Shown here: piece after piece, positions 45,625 through 61,859 of the stretch | Layout of the letters: each line of letters begins with the position of its first letter | Position numbering within the stretch: position 1 is the first letter of the stretch | Assembly: GCF_009914755.1 (NCBI RefSeq) | Contig: NC_060925.1 | Length of the DNA: 64,000 bases | Origin: the human T2T-CHM13v2.0 reference genome, Homo sapiens | Direction: 5' to 3' (one strand) | Notes under the pieces: model-generated | What the model was told of the DNA's origin: nothing | What the model saw: only the letters and a program-made list of their open reading frames with translations | Databases searched by the model: none | Program-made: the position numbers and the translations under genes

Positions 45625-47968
45625 GTAAACTAGATCCTTGATAAGCTCCAAGGCAGGTGAGTAACCTGATGCCGTAGGCACAATAAACCCCTTTATTCCT
45701 GTTTTACTTGATCTGATTTTATTTTTAGCAGTTTCTGGTATCAAATATGAGATGTAAAGTAGATCGTTGATAAGCTCCAAGACAGGTGAGTAACCTGATG
45801 CCAGTACCACAGAGCCCATGGCGCTCACTGCTTTCTTGCTGAACACGGAGCTCAAGGGTACTCTCAGATCCAAGATGTACTCTCTGCATTTCAAGCTCTT
45901 CAACTCTGTTGTGCATACCTGTGCTGTGTGAAAGTTTCTTGATAAGTCATCCTTACATCTGCAAGAGGAGAAAACCCATTATTCCCTGTGTCTGTAACAG
46001 GAGACAACCTGCCATTCCGTTGGGTTTCTGGACAGCAGTACAAGTACAAGGTTCCCTATAGATACATTCATTTGAGGAAATCCAAGGCAAAGATACTTTC
46101 CACCTGGTCCATAATCCCTTCCTTACATCTGTCTGAACCCCCTGCTTCCTATATTTATAACAGCTATGGATCAGGATCTTGTGTCTTTTTTGTGTGTGTG
46201 AAAAATTGGTGACCTTTATAAAGGTCAATGTGAGGCTGCAGTGGCTGCTTTGGGTGATCTTCAACTTAGACAAAATAGTTCATTCTGAAAGCACTCTTGA
46301 AAAGAAATGACCCAGAAGCTCTCAAAGACAATGGAATGCAGTCTTGGACTGGTAGGCAGAGGCTTTTAATAGACAGAATGACTCACAATAACCTCTCCAA
46401 AATAATGTCTACCAGTGTGCAAATAATAATTTAAAAGCTAAAACTCAGCCTGACTCTATAGACCCTTCTGTGAATCCCTCTGCTTCATTTTATCCTCCAG
46501 TAATTGATTTTTCTGAACCTCCTTTAATGTTTTGGCTTTTCCACCTAAACCTCTTCACACCAGCTTCCTTTAAAAAATTAGACACTCAAATGAGCCAGGA
46601 GTACCTGTTACAGCTGAATTTAAACCTTGATCTTACACAGAACTCTGAGCCATTATAAAAGATTTTGTGATATTAAAAAAATACAACCAAATTTATAGAA
46701 GAATTTAAAATTTTTTAGGGGGTCTATAATCCATGCTTTTAATTTGTACCAATTTTTCCATGTGATAGTATGCACAGGAAGTAACTGAAAATGGCTAGAA
46801 AAACCCCATTGAGATAATACATCTGGATATACTGAGGCTCCTGCTAAGCATGCTTTTAAATAAGAAACGCAGATGGACAGAAAAATGGGCCAACAACTGT
46901 TAGACGCTATTACTGAAGCACTTCCAATGAGAATAGGCTGGGTCATAATCTAACCTTATAAAAAATGAATCTGCTGCAGATTATCATGCCCATCTGTAGA
47001 CAGTTTTCACATAATACTGGCTTTAAAGGCCAGGACGATAAAGTGGCTATACTAGCCCATTTTGTTCCTGGATTGCATACAGAAATAAGTGACTTACTGA
47101 AGAAATCTAAACTAAAATGAGAGGTAATTCTCACAGAACTGCAACATCTAGTAGAGCATGTTGAAGGGATATTAGATTAAAAAAAAAGAAGCCATCAGGT
47201 AAACAAACCAATGACTCTACAATTACAACAGTTGCAGGGAATTTGGCCTATCTTTAAAAAATCTTGTTCCCAATTTTGCCTCCATTGATAAAGATGCTTA
47301 GGGTTACTGGAAGCAGAAGGGGCATTGGCAAAAAGACTGCCTGTTGCTAAATAAGGGGAAATTGGAACAACCCCCACATCCTTTTAACAACTCTTAATGT
47401 TGATAGGGTTCCAAGGAATTGCCCAGTAAGCTGCTTCCAATAATTCCTTTAAATCAATGAGGAGAAAACAAACTTAACTGAAGAAATTTGTACTGTGACA
47501 CCAGAACAACTCTTTCTACTTTAGAGTCCACCATGATATATCAAGAACTTTCTCAGGATAATAAAAGTTATCTCAATGGCAGGAGTTTCAAATCAAGTTC
47601 AAAGGGTTCCTTTAACAGAATTCTCAACTGTCACCCTTGGCCCTTTTTCTGAGAATCATGCCTTCCTTTTATGTGATATTGCTCCTTTGAATCTCCTACA
47701 TAAAGACCTGTTTTCCTAAATAGGAGGCTCAATAAAGTTATCCTCTGGAGAAATGACCCTACAAATCTAAGATTTATCAGACAATAAAACCTTGTGGGTT
47801 CTCCAGGCCCAAATTGGCTGTCCTAAGGAAACTATTAAGTTCCGTAAATGTATAGACATACATCTTTCTGAAATTCCTGATACTCTATGGGCTTCTACTC
47901 TACAGATGTGGGAAAGATCAAACACATCAGATCCATTAAAATTGTGATTGACCCTTTTAAATTGCTTT

Positions 47969-48881
<913 letters not shown>

Positions 48882-50699
48882 TTAGCATTCCAGTAGACAA
48901 AAAGAGTGTTAGTATTTGTTTGTTTTCACTTGGAAAAATCAACAATGTACTTTGACAGTAACACCTTAAGGATTAAAGGCTCTTTCATATTTCTCACGAA
49001 TTTTATATCAAGATTTGAACACTGCAGTTTCCCAGACATTCTACCTTGATTCAATATGTAGGTAATTTGCTTCTTTGTTCTTCATCTAAAGAGGACGTAC
49101 AAATTGACCAAATACGTATAACAACCAGCTTATAAGAGCCATAAGACCTCTTGAGATAAGCTTCAATTCTCACAAGAAGTGGCACATTATCTAGGTCACG
49201 ACTTCTCTGCAAAAGTAATCTTTCTGTCTCCAGAAAAAATAAATATTATTCAAAATTATCCTAGACCTGTGACTAAAAGGCAACTCAGAGGATTCCTCAG
49301 AATTTCACGATAGACCAGGTCACAACGTTGGCGTCTCCACTCCATGAACTAACTAAAAATAGCAATCGGGACCCTTTTCTTTGGAAAGAAAAATAGTAGG
49401 AGGCCCTTACTGAACTAAAACAGGTTTTGCAAAATCCTCCTGTGTTATGACTCTCCAATTATTCTAAACCATTCACATTGTTTATTCATGAATGAAACAA
49501 TCAGACTCTAGGGGTCCTCATTCAAAAACTTGTAGGAAAAAATAGGCCCGTAGATTAGTATAGTGTACAGTTATGTCTGGTTGCTACAGCATATCCAAAT
49601 TGTTTAAAGGCAGTAGTTGCAGGTGCCAAATTATACAATTTTTCTCAGAACTTGTTCAAAGCAATAACTTATGCCTACACCTTTCACATGCTGTAGAAAG
49701 CTTGCTAAATCGTGACTGTGCCCAGCATTTCTCAGCCAGCAGGATAACATTTTATGTGATTCTGCTCCTATCACCTTCAAATCTGCATATTCTTTGCTGC
49801 AATTCTTTATTTAAACTCTGCTACCATCTTACCTTTACCCAACAAAAGTGAGATGTATAATTGTGTTAAACTGATTTCTCAAAATTTGACTCCGAGATTG
49901 GATTTACAAGAAATTCTATTCACCAATCCAGAACTGTTGCTCTATGCTGATGGTTCCTATGCCAAAAATTTTGAAGGAAAATACTAAGCTGGGCATGCTG
50001 TTACAATTCAACATGAACTATGATAAAAAGGAGATCTCCCCATTTTAATTCAGTCTAATCTGCAGAATTATTTGCCCTCACTTGAGATTGTAAAAGAGCA
50101 AAAGATAAGATTGTAAATATCTAGACTGATGTCAGGTATGCTTTTGCAGTAGTCCGTGATTTTAGTGTGTTGTAGAAACAGAGGGGATCCTTAACGTCAA
50201 ATGATATGCCTACAAAAATGAGTCTCAGGTTGCTAATCTCTGCATTATTGCTGCCATCATAAGTAGCTATCATAAAAATTAAAACTCCTGCTTATAAAAG
50301 AGACCCTGAATATCAGAGAAATTACAGGGCTGATTTTCATGCTAAAGCTGCCACCAAACAAACAAACAAACAAACAAAAAACAAAACAAAAAAAACTTCA
50401 AAACTGTCTCAACTAATAAACTATGCACCTTGAGTGAAATCCATCCAAAGGACATAAAAAAAAAATTCAGAACTTACAAGAATGGTAAAAATATGTCTTA
50501 GAAACAGAAAAAAACGATTGGATTAATACAGGTTGTGAAATCCTTGAGAGGTTCTGGGGGCACCCAGATAGCTGTTTAGTACTTTCTGGATCCCTAAAGT
50601 TGTCATTCTTCTGAGATTTTCATTCTTTTACTTACCATGGAGTTGATAAAATGATTCAAGCCCTGGTGAAGTATTGGTGGGCAGACTTTTCAAAAGGAG

Positions 50700-51150
50700 C
50701 TTAGCGATGTCTACCATCCCCAGCCCTGGAAACTCTGCTGTGTCACTCAGCCAAAGGAGATGCCAAATCAGATTGGCTATTCAGCAGCACAACACTGTCA
50801 GAAATTTGTCCCACATGTCCCCTGGGCATGATCCCCTAACTAGACTTCCTACATTGCTGGGACATCCCCTTTTGGACCTCTCCCATTAGCAAAGGGCAGC
50901 ACTCTGATTGTTTATTAGAACTGAGGTGAACCTGGGATTAAGGTGCCATCTAGAACTGAAAAGGAGGCAATGGCGTGGCAATAAACAACCTCTAAGCAAA
51001 TATATCCAGTAAAAACCTAAACAAGTCAGACAAGGAAGACGAATACATAACCAATCCTTCAGTGCAAAGACACAGACATACATCCACAAAAAACAATAGC
51101 AAACAGGAAACCATGTTCTCCTCAAATGAACAAAACAAGGAACCAGTAAC
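50700..51150 (+). mobile_element. Old L1M 5'UTR end and ORF1 N-terminus
   Basis: gtgcaaagacacagacatacatccacaaaaaacaatagcaaacaggaaaccatg...caaggaaccagtaact reads [26 protein letters not shown], an L1M-type ORF1 start. Confidence 0.65.
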
Positions 51151-53720
51151 TTCCAATCAATAGAAGAGAGAGATTCCTCCCTAACTCATTTTATGAGGCC
51201 CAGCATCATCCTGATACCAAAGCCTGGCAGAGACACAACAAAAAAAGAGAATTTTAGATCAATATCCCTGATGAACATCGATGCAAAAATCTTCAATAAA
51301 ATACTGGCAAATCGAATCCAGCAACACATCAAAAAGCTTATCCACCAAGATCAAGTTGGCTTCATCCCTGAGATGCAAGGCTAGTTCAACATACACAAAT
51401 CAATAAATGTAATCCATCACATACATAGAACCAAAGACAAAAACCACATGATTAGCTCAATGGATGCAGAAAAGGCCTTCGACAAAATTCAACAGTCCTT
51501 CATACTAAAAACTCGCAATAAACTAGATATTGGTGGGAAGTATCTGTTAAAATAAAAAGAGCTACTTATGACAAACCCCAGCCAATATCATACTGAGTGG
51601 GCAAAAACAGGAAGCATTCCCTTTGAAAACTGGCACAAGGCAGGGATGCCCTATCTCACCACTCCTATTCAACATAGTGTTGGGAGTTCCGGCCGGGGCA
51701 ATCAGGCAAGAGAAAGAAATAAAGGGCATTAAATTAGGAAAAGAGGAAGTCAAATTGTCCCTGTTTGCAAATGACATGATTGTATATTTAGAAAACCCCA
51801 TCGTCTCAGCCCAAAATCTCCTTAAGCTGATAAGCAACTTCAGCAAAGTCTCAGGATACAAAATCGATGTACAAAAATCACCAACATTCTTGTACACCAA
51901 TAACAGACAAACAGAGAGCCAAATCATGAGTGAACTCCCGTTCACAATTGCTACAAAGAGAATAAAATACATAGGAATCCAACTTACAAGGGATATGAAG
52001 GTCTTCTTCAAGGAGAACTACAAACCACTGTTTAATGAAATAAAAGAGAACACAAACAAATTGACGAACATTCCATGCTCATGGGTAGGAAGAATGAATA
52101 TCGTGAAAATGGCCATACTTCCCAAGGTAATTTATAGATTCAATGCCATCCCCATCAAGCTACCAATGACTTTCTTCACAGAATTGAAAAAAACTTTAAA
52201 GTTCATATGAAAACAAAAAAGAGCCACATTTCGAAGTCAATCCTAAGCCAAAAGAACAAAGCTAGAGGCATCACACTACCTGACTTCAAACTATACTACA
52301 AGGCTACAGTAAACAAAACAGCATGGTACTGTACCAAAATAGAGGTATAGACCAATGGAACAGAACAGAGGTCTCAGAAATAACACCACACGTCTACAAC
52401 CGTCTGATCTTTGACAAACCTGACAAAAACAAGAAATGGGGAAAGGATGCCCTATTTAATAAATGGTGCTGGAAAAACTGACTAGCCATATGTAGAAAGC
52501 TGAAACTGGATTCCTTCCTTACACCTTATACAAAAATTAATTCAAGATGGATTAAAGACTTATATGTTAGACCTAAAACCATAAAAGCCCTAAAAGAAAA
52601 CCTAGGCAATACCATTCAGGACATAGGCATGGGCACGGACTTCATGACTAAACCACCAAAAGCAATGGCAACAAAAGCCAAAATTGACAAATGGGATCTA
52701 ATTAAACTAAAGAGCTTCTGCACAACAAAAGAAACTACCATCAGAGTGAACAGGCAACCTACAGAATAGGAGAAAATTTTTGCAATCTACTCATCTGACA
52801 AAGGGCTAACATCCAGAATCTACAAAGAACTTAAACAAAATTACAAGACAAAAATCAAACAAGCCCATCAAGAAGTGGGCAAAGGATATGAACAGACACT
52901 TTTCAAAAGAAGACATTTATGCAGCCAACAGACACCTGAAAAATGCTTATCAGAACTGGTCATAGAGAAATGCAAATCAAAATCACAATGAGACACCATT
53001 TCACACTATTTAGAATGGCGATCTTTAAAAAGTTAGGAAACGACAGGTGCTGGAGAGGATGCGGTGAAATAGGAATGCTTTTACACTGTTGGTGGGAGTG
53101 TAAACTAGTTCAACCATTGTGGAAGACAGTGTGGTGATTCCTCAAGGATCTACAACTAGAAATACCATTTGACCCAGCCATCCCATTACTGGGTATGTAC
53201 CCAAAAGATTTTAAATCATGTGGCTATAAAGACACATGCACATGAATGTTTATTGCAGCACTATTCACAATAGTAAAGACTTGGAACCAACCCAAATGTC
53301 CATCAATAATAGACTGGATTGAGAAAATGTGGCACATATACACCATGGAATACTATGCAGCCACAAAAAAGGATAAGTTCATGTCGTTTTTAGGGTCATG
53401 GATGAAGCTGGAAACCATCATTCTGAGCAAACCATTGTAAGGACAGAAAATCAAAAACTGCATGTTTTCACTCATAGGTGGGAACTGAACAATGAGAACA
53501 CTTGGACACAGGGCAGGGAATATCACACACTGGGGCCTGTCGTGGGGTGGAGGGATAGGGGAGGGATAGCATTAGGAGAAATACCTAATGTAAATGACGA
53601 GTTAATGGGTGCAGCAAACCAACACGGCACATGTATACATATGTAACAAACCTGCACGTTGTGTACATGTACCCTAGAACTTAAAGTATAATAAAAAGAA
53701 ACAAAAAGAAAAAAGAAAAA
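51151..53720 (+). mobile_element. 5'-truncated L1 (L1PA5-like)
   Basis: Begins mid-ORF2 (ttccaatcaatagaa), RT remnant ORF 51623..52210, L1PA 3'UTR, A-rich tail; no TSD found. Confidence 0.93.
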
Positions 53721-55300
<1,580 letters not shown>

Positions 55301-57306
55301 GACAAAGAGGGGCATTACATAATAGTAAATAATTCAATTCAAGGAGAAGACCTAAATACCCTAAATATATATGCACCTAACACAGGAGCAATCAGATTCA
55401 CAAGGCAAGTTCTTAGAGACCTACAAAGAGGTGTAGATTCCCACATAATAATAGTGGGAGACTTCACCACTCCACTGAGAGTATTAGATAGATCATTGAG
55501 GCAGAAAATTAACAAAGATATGCAGGACCTGAACTCAGCAATGGACCAAATGGACCTGATAGACCTCTACAGAACTTTCTACCCCAAAACAACAGAATAT
55601 ACGTTCTTTTCATCACCAAATGGTTCATACTCTAAAACTGACCACATAATTGGACATAAAGCAATCTTCCACAAATGAAAAAGAACCAAAACCATCCCAA
55701 ACACACTCTTGGATGACAGTGCAATAAAAATAGAAGTTAAGACTAAGAAAATTGCTCAAAACCATGCAATTACATGGAAATTAAACAACATGATCCCGAA
55801 TCACTTCTGGGTAAATAATTAAATTAAAGCAGAGGTCAAGAAGTCCTTCTAAACAAACGAGAACAAAGATACAACATACCAGTATCCCTGGGACACAGCT
55901 AAGGCAGTGTTAAAAGGGAATTTCATAGCACCAGGTGTCCACATCAAAAAGGCAGAAAAATCTTAAATTAATAATCTAACATCATAACTGAAAGAACCAA
56001 AGAAGCAAAAACAAATCAACACCAAATTCAGCAGAAAACAAGAAATAACCAAAATCAGAGCTGAATTGAAGGAAATAGAGACATGAAAGACCATTCAAAA
56101 GATCAATGAATGCAGGAGTTGGTTTTTTGAAAAAGTTATGACAGACTGGCCACTAGCTAGATTGATAAAGAAGAAAAGAGAGAAGATCCAAATAAACACA
56201 ATTAGAAAAGATGATGGGGATGTTACCACTGACCCCACAGAAATAAAAACAGATATCAGAAACTATGAAAAACACCACTATGTACACAAACTAGAAAACC
56301 TAGAAAAGAATAAATTCCTGGACACATACACCCTCCCAAGACAAAACTAGGAATAGACAATATTCCTGAACAGACCAATTACAAGGTCCAAAATCGGATC
56401 AGTAATAAATAGCCTACCAACCAAAAAAGCCCAGCACCAGATGAATTCACAGCTGAATTCTACCGGCTGTACAAAGAAGAACTGGTACCATTTCTACTGA
56501 AACTATTCCAAAAATTAAGGAGGAAGGACTTCTCCCCAACTCATCCCATGAAGCAACATCCTGACACCCAAACCAGGTACAGATACAACAAAAAAAGAAA
56601 ACCTCAGGCCAATAATATCCTTGATGAGTATCTATGAAAGAATCCCCACAAAACAAAAAACAAAAACATTTGCAAACCAAATCCAGCAGCACATCAAAAA
56701 GCTATTTCATCATGTTCAAATAGGCTTCATACCTGGGATGCAAGGTTGGTTCAACGTATGCAAATCAATAAATATGATTAATCACATAAACAAAACTAAA
56801 GACAAAAGCCACATGCTCATCTCAATAGAGGCAGAAGAGGCTTTCAATAAAATTCAACACCCCTTCATGTAAAAACTCAATAAACTAAGTGTGCAAGGAA
56901 CATACTTCAAAATAATAAGAGCCATCTGTGACAAATCCACAGCCAACATCATACTGAATGGTCAAAAGCTGGAAGCATTCCTTTTGAATATTGGCACAAG
57001 AAAAGAATGCTCTCTCTTACCACTCCTATTCAACATATCATTGGAAGTCCTGGCCAGATCAGTCAGGCAAGAGAAAGAAATAAAGGGCATCCAAATGGAA
57101 AGAGAGAAAGTCTAAATATCTCTGTTTGTAGATGACATTATTCTAAATCTAGAAAACCCCATAGTCTCAGCCAGAAAACTCCTTCAGCATGGTACTGGTA
57201 TAAAAACAGTCACATAGACCAATGGAACAGAATATAGAGCCCAGAAAAAAGGTAGCAAACTATGACCATCTAACCTTTGAAAAAGCTGACAAAAACAAGT
57301 AATGGG
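55301..57306 (+). mobile_element. Host old primate L1 (L1PA11-14 range), ORF2 part 1
   Basis: Starts at KDKEGHYI of the endonuclease domain directly after the MTIF2 A-tail; ~0.5 kb internal deletion at ~57188. Confidence 0.88.
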
Positions 57307-59859
57307 CCTCCTGAAACTATTCCAAAAAATTGAAACGAAGGGACTCCTCCTTAACTCATTCTATGAGGCCAGCATCATCCTGATATCAAAATCTGGCAGA
57401 GATACAACAAAAAAGAAAACTTCAGGCCAATATTCTTGATATACATTGATGCAAAAATCCTCAACAAAATACTTGAAAGCCAAATCCAGCAGCAGCACAT
57501 CAAAAAGCTTATCCACCACAATCAAGTAGGCCCTGGGATGCTAGGTTGGTTCAACATACTCAAATCAATAAGTGTGATTAATCACATAAACAGAACTAAA
57601 GACAAACAACCACATGATTGTCACAATAGATGCAGAAAAGACTTGATAAAATTCAACATTCCTTCATGTAAAGAACCTCCAATAAGCTAGGTATTGAAGG
57701 AACATACCTCAAAATAATGAGAGCCACCTATGACAAATCTACAGCAGGCATCATGCTGAATTGGAAAAAGCTGGAAGCATTCCCCTTGAAAACTGGCATA
57801 AAACAAGGATTCCCTCTCTCACCACTCCTATTCAATATAGCATTGGAATTTCTGGCCAGGGCAATTAGTCAAGAGAAAGAAATAAAGGGCATTCAAATAG
57901 GAAGAGAGGAAGGAAGTCAAACTATCTCTCATTGTGGATGACATGATCCTATATCTTGAGAACTCCATTATCTCAGCCCAAAAGCTTCTTAAGGTGATAA
58001 ACAACTTGAGCAAAGTCACAGGATCCAAAATCAATGTGCAAAAAATCACCAGCATTCCTATACACCAAAAACAGTCAAGGCAAGAGCCAAATCATGAATG
58101 AAATTCCATTCACAATTGCCACAAAAAGAATAAAATACCTAGGAATACAGCTAATAAGGCAGGTGAAAGATTTCTACAAGGAGAATCACAAACCACTGCT
58201 CATATAAATCTGAGGTGACATGAACAAATGGAAAAAGATTCTATGTTCATGGATAGGAAGAATCATTATCATGAAGAATGTACTATTCCCACTAAACTAC
58301 CATTGACATTCTTCACAGAATTAGAGAAAACTATTTTAAAATTCGTGTGGAACCAAAAAGGAGCCTGAATAGCCAAGACAATTCTAAGAAAAACAAAAAA
58401 CAAACAAACAAATGAACAACAACAACAACAACAAAAGCAGGAGGCGTCACACTACCTGACTTTATACTACAGGGACACAGTAACCAAAATAGCATGGTGC
58501 TGGTATAAGGACAGGCACACAGACTAGTGGAACAGAACGGTGAACTCAGAAATAAAGCTGCACACCTACAACTATCTGATCTTTGACAAACCTGATGAAA
58601 ACAAGCAATGGGGAAAAGATTCCCTATTCAATAACTGGCTAGCCATATGCAGAAAATTAAAACTGGGCCCCTTCTTTACACTATATACAAAAATTAACTC
58701 AAGATGGAGTAAATACTTAAATGTAAAAACCAAACCTTGGAAAACAACCTAGGCAATAACATTCAGGACATAGGCACAGGGAAAGATTTCGTGAAGAAAG
58801 CACCAAAAGCAATGGCAACAAAAACAAAAATTGACAAATGAGACCTAATTAAACTAAATATCTCCTACACAGCAAAATAAACTATCAACAGAATAAACAA
58901 AAAACCTACAGAATGGGAGAAAATTTTTGTAAATTATGCATCTGACAAAGATATAATATCCAGCATCTATAAGAAACTTAAACAAATTTACAAGAAAAAG
59001 AAAAACCCCATTAAAAAGTGAGCAAAGGACATAAACAGACACTTCAAAAGAAGACATTTATGTGGACAACAAACATATGAAAAAAAGCTCAACATCACTG
59101 ATTATTAGAGAAATGCAAATCAAAACCACAGTGAGATATCATCTCACACCAGTTAAAATGGCCATTATTATCAAGTCAAAAAATGACAGATGCTGGTGAG
59201 GTTATGGAGAAAAAGGAACACTTTTACCCTTTTGGTGAGAGTGTAAATTAGTTTAACCATTGTGGAAGAGAGTGTGGCAATTCCTTAAAGACCTAAAGAT
59301 AGAAATACCATTTGACTCGGCAATCTCATTACTGGGTATATACCCATAGAAATAGAAATCATTCTATTATAAAGACACATGCATGTGTATGTTCATTGTA
59401 GCACTATTCACAATAGCAAACACATTCACAATGGCAAAGACCATCAACTACAGACTGGTTAAGTAAAATGTTGTACATACACACCATGGAATACTGTGCA
59501 TCCATAAAAAGGGATGAGATCATGCCTTTTGTGGGAACATGGATGGAGCTGGAGGCCATTATCCTTATCAAACTAAAACAGGAACAGAAAACCATATATG
59601 GCATGGTCTCACTTATAAGTGTAACTAAATGATGAGAACACATGACACACAGAGGAGAAAAACACACACTGGGGCCTATTGGAGGGTAGAAGGCGGCAGG
59701 AGAAAGAGGATCAGGGAAAATAACTAATGGATACTAGGCTTAATACCTAAGGTGATCAAATAATCTGTGTAATAAACCCCCATGACACGTTTACCTGTGT
59801 AACAAATCTGCATATCCTGTGCACGTACCCTTGAACTTAAAATAAAGGTTAGAAAAAAG
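57307..59859 (+). mobile_element. Nested 5'-truncated L1 (L1PA11-13-like) inserted into the host L1
   Basis: Sequence jumps back to mid-ORF2 (cctcctgaaactattcc) and runs through its own 3'UTR and AATAAA. Confidence 0.88.
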
Positions 59860-59940
59860 CAATATGCACAGAGGAAAAAAAAACACAATGTTATATGAGT
59901 AAAACAATTACATAAGAAATGTATAAAACCAATAAAGTTC

Positions 59941-61192
59941 AAAATAATAAAAAATGGGAAAAAGACTCCCTATTCAATAAATGGTGCTGGGATAACTCAC
60001 TAGTCATATGAGAAGATCCCTTCCTTATACCATATACAAATATCAACTCAAGATGGATTAAAGACTTAAATGTAAAACCCAAAACTGTAAATATCCTGGA
60101 AGATAACTTAGACCACATCATCCTGGACATAGGAATGGGTAAAGATTTCATGATGAAGACACTGAAAGCAATTGCAACAACAGCAAAAATTGACAAATGG
60201 GATCAAATTAAACTAAAGAGCTTCTGCATAGCTGAAGAAACTATCAACAGAGTAAACAGACAACCTACAGAATGGGAGAAAATTTTGCAAACTATATATC
60301 TGACAAAGGTCTAATATCCAGCATCTATAGCAAACTTAAACAAACTTACAAGAGAAAAACAATCCCATTTAAAAGTGGGCCAAGAGCATGAACAAACACT
60401 TCTCAAAAGAAGGGATACATGTGTCCAAGAAGCATGTGAAAAAAAGCTCAATATCACTGATCATTAGAAAAATGCAAATCAAAATCACAATGAGATACCA
60501 TCTCACACCAGTCAGAATGGCTATTACTAAAAAGTCAAAAATAACAGATGCTGGTGAGGTTGCAGAGCAAAGGGAACACTTATACACTGTTGTGGGAGCA
60601 TAAATTAGTTCAACCATTGTGAAAAGCAGTATGGTGATTCCTTAAAGAGCTAAAAGCAGAACTACAATTAGACCTAGCAATCACATTACTGGGTACATAC
60701 CCAGGGGAATATAAATAGTTCTACCATAAAGATATATGTACACAAATGTTTACTGCAACATTATTCATGATAGCAAAGATATGAAATCAACCTAAATGCC
60801 CAACAATGACAGACTGAATAAAGAAATTGTGCTACATATATACCATGGGATACTATGCAGCCATAAAAAACAATGAGATCATGTCTTTTGTGGGAACATG
60901 GATGGAGCTAGAAGCTATTATCCTTAGTAAACTAACACAGGAACAGAAAAGAAAATACTGCATGTTCTCACTTATAAGTGGGAGCTAAATGATGAGAACT
61001 CATGAACACAAAGAAGATAACAACAGACACTGGGGCCTATTGGAGTGTGGAGGGTGGGAGGAAGGGAAAGGGGCAGAAAAAATAACTACTGGGTACTAGG
61101 CTTTATACCTGAGTGATGAAATAATCTGTACAACAAAATCCCATGACAGGAATTTCACATGTATCCTCAAACCTAAAATAAAAGTTAAAAAA
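59941..61192 (+). mobile_element. Host old primate L1, ORF2 3' part and 3'UTR
   Basis: Resumes at aatgggaaaaagactccctattcaataaatgg, the continuation of aacaagtaatggg at 57306; ends aacctaaaataaaagttaaaaa. Confidence 0.88.
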
Positions 61193-61410
61193 CAAAACTG
61201 TCATACAAGAATAGTGTATCCAGCAAACTTATTGTGAAGATGATATAAAATGTTTTCCAGGCAAAGGAAACCTGAGAGAATTCACCACTACCTGACTCAT
61301 CTTACAAGAAATGCTAAAGGGAGTTCTTCATTCTGAAAGAAAAAACCATTAATGTGCAAAAAAAATTAAGGTATAAAGCATGTTGGTAAAATTATGTTCA
61401 TGAATAAACT
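61193..61410 (+). mobile_element. Old L1M ORF1 C-terminus
   Basis: aagaatagtgtatccagcaaac...ctgagagaattcaccact...ttacaagaaatgctaaagggagttctt reads RIVYPA...LREFTT...LQEMLKGVL. Confidence 0.75.
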
Positions 61411-61859
61411 TGAGAGGTGAAGCCAGCTGGGCTTCTGGGTCAGGTGGGGACTTGGAGAACTTTTCTGTCTAGCTGGAGGATTGTAAATGCACCAATCAGC
61501 ATTCTGTAAAAATGGACCAATCAGCACTCTGTAAAATGGACCAATCAGTAGGACATGGGTGGGGCCAAATAAGGGAATAAAAGTTGGCCACCTGAGCCAG
61601 CAGTGGCAACCCACTCAGGTTCCCTTCCATGCTGTGCAAGCTTTGTTCTTTCACTCTTCATAATAAATCTTGCTGCTGCTCATTGTTTGTGTCCGCACTA
61701 CCTTTATGAGCTGTAACACTCACTGCGAGTGTCTGCGGCTTCATTCCTGAAGTCTGCGTGACCATGAACCCACTGGAAGGAACAAACTGCGGATGCACCA
61801 CCTTTAAGAGCTGTAACACTCACTGTGAGGCCCGCAGCTTCATTCTTGAAGTCAGCGAG
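61411..61859 (+). mobile_element. LTR12 (ERV9) 5' LTR, U5 truncated
   Basis: TGAGAGGTGAAGCCAGCTGGGCTTCTGGG start; CCAAT repeats; U5 repeats gagctgtaacactcactg. Confidence 0.93.
61490..61585 (+). promoter_or_regulatory. LTR12 promoter motifs: three CCAAT boxes, GT box, AATAAAA TATA-equivalent
   Basis: CCAAT at 61492, 61517 and 61541; GGGTGGGG at ~61557; AATAAAA at ~61576. LTR12 promoters are known to bind NF-Y; activity of this copy is not shown. Confidence 0.65.
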
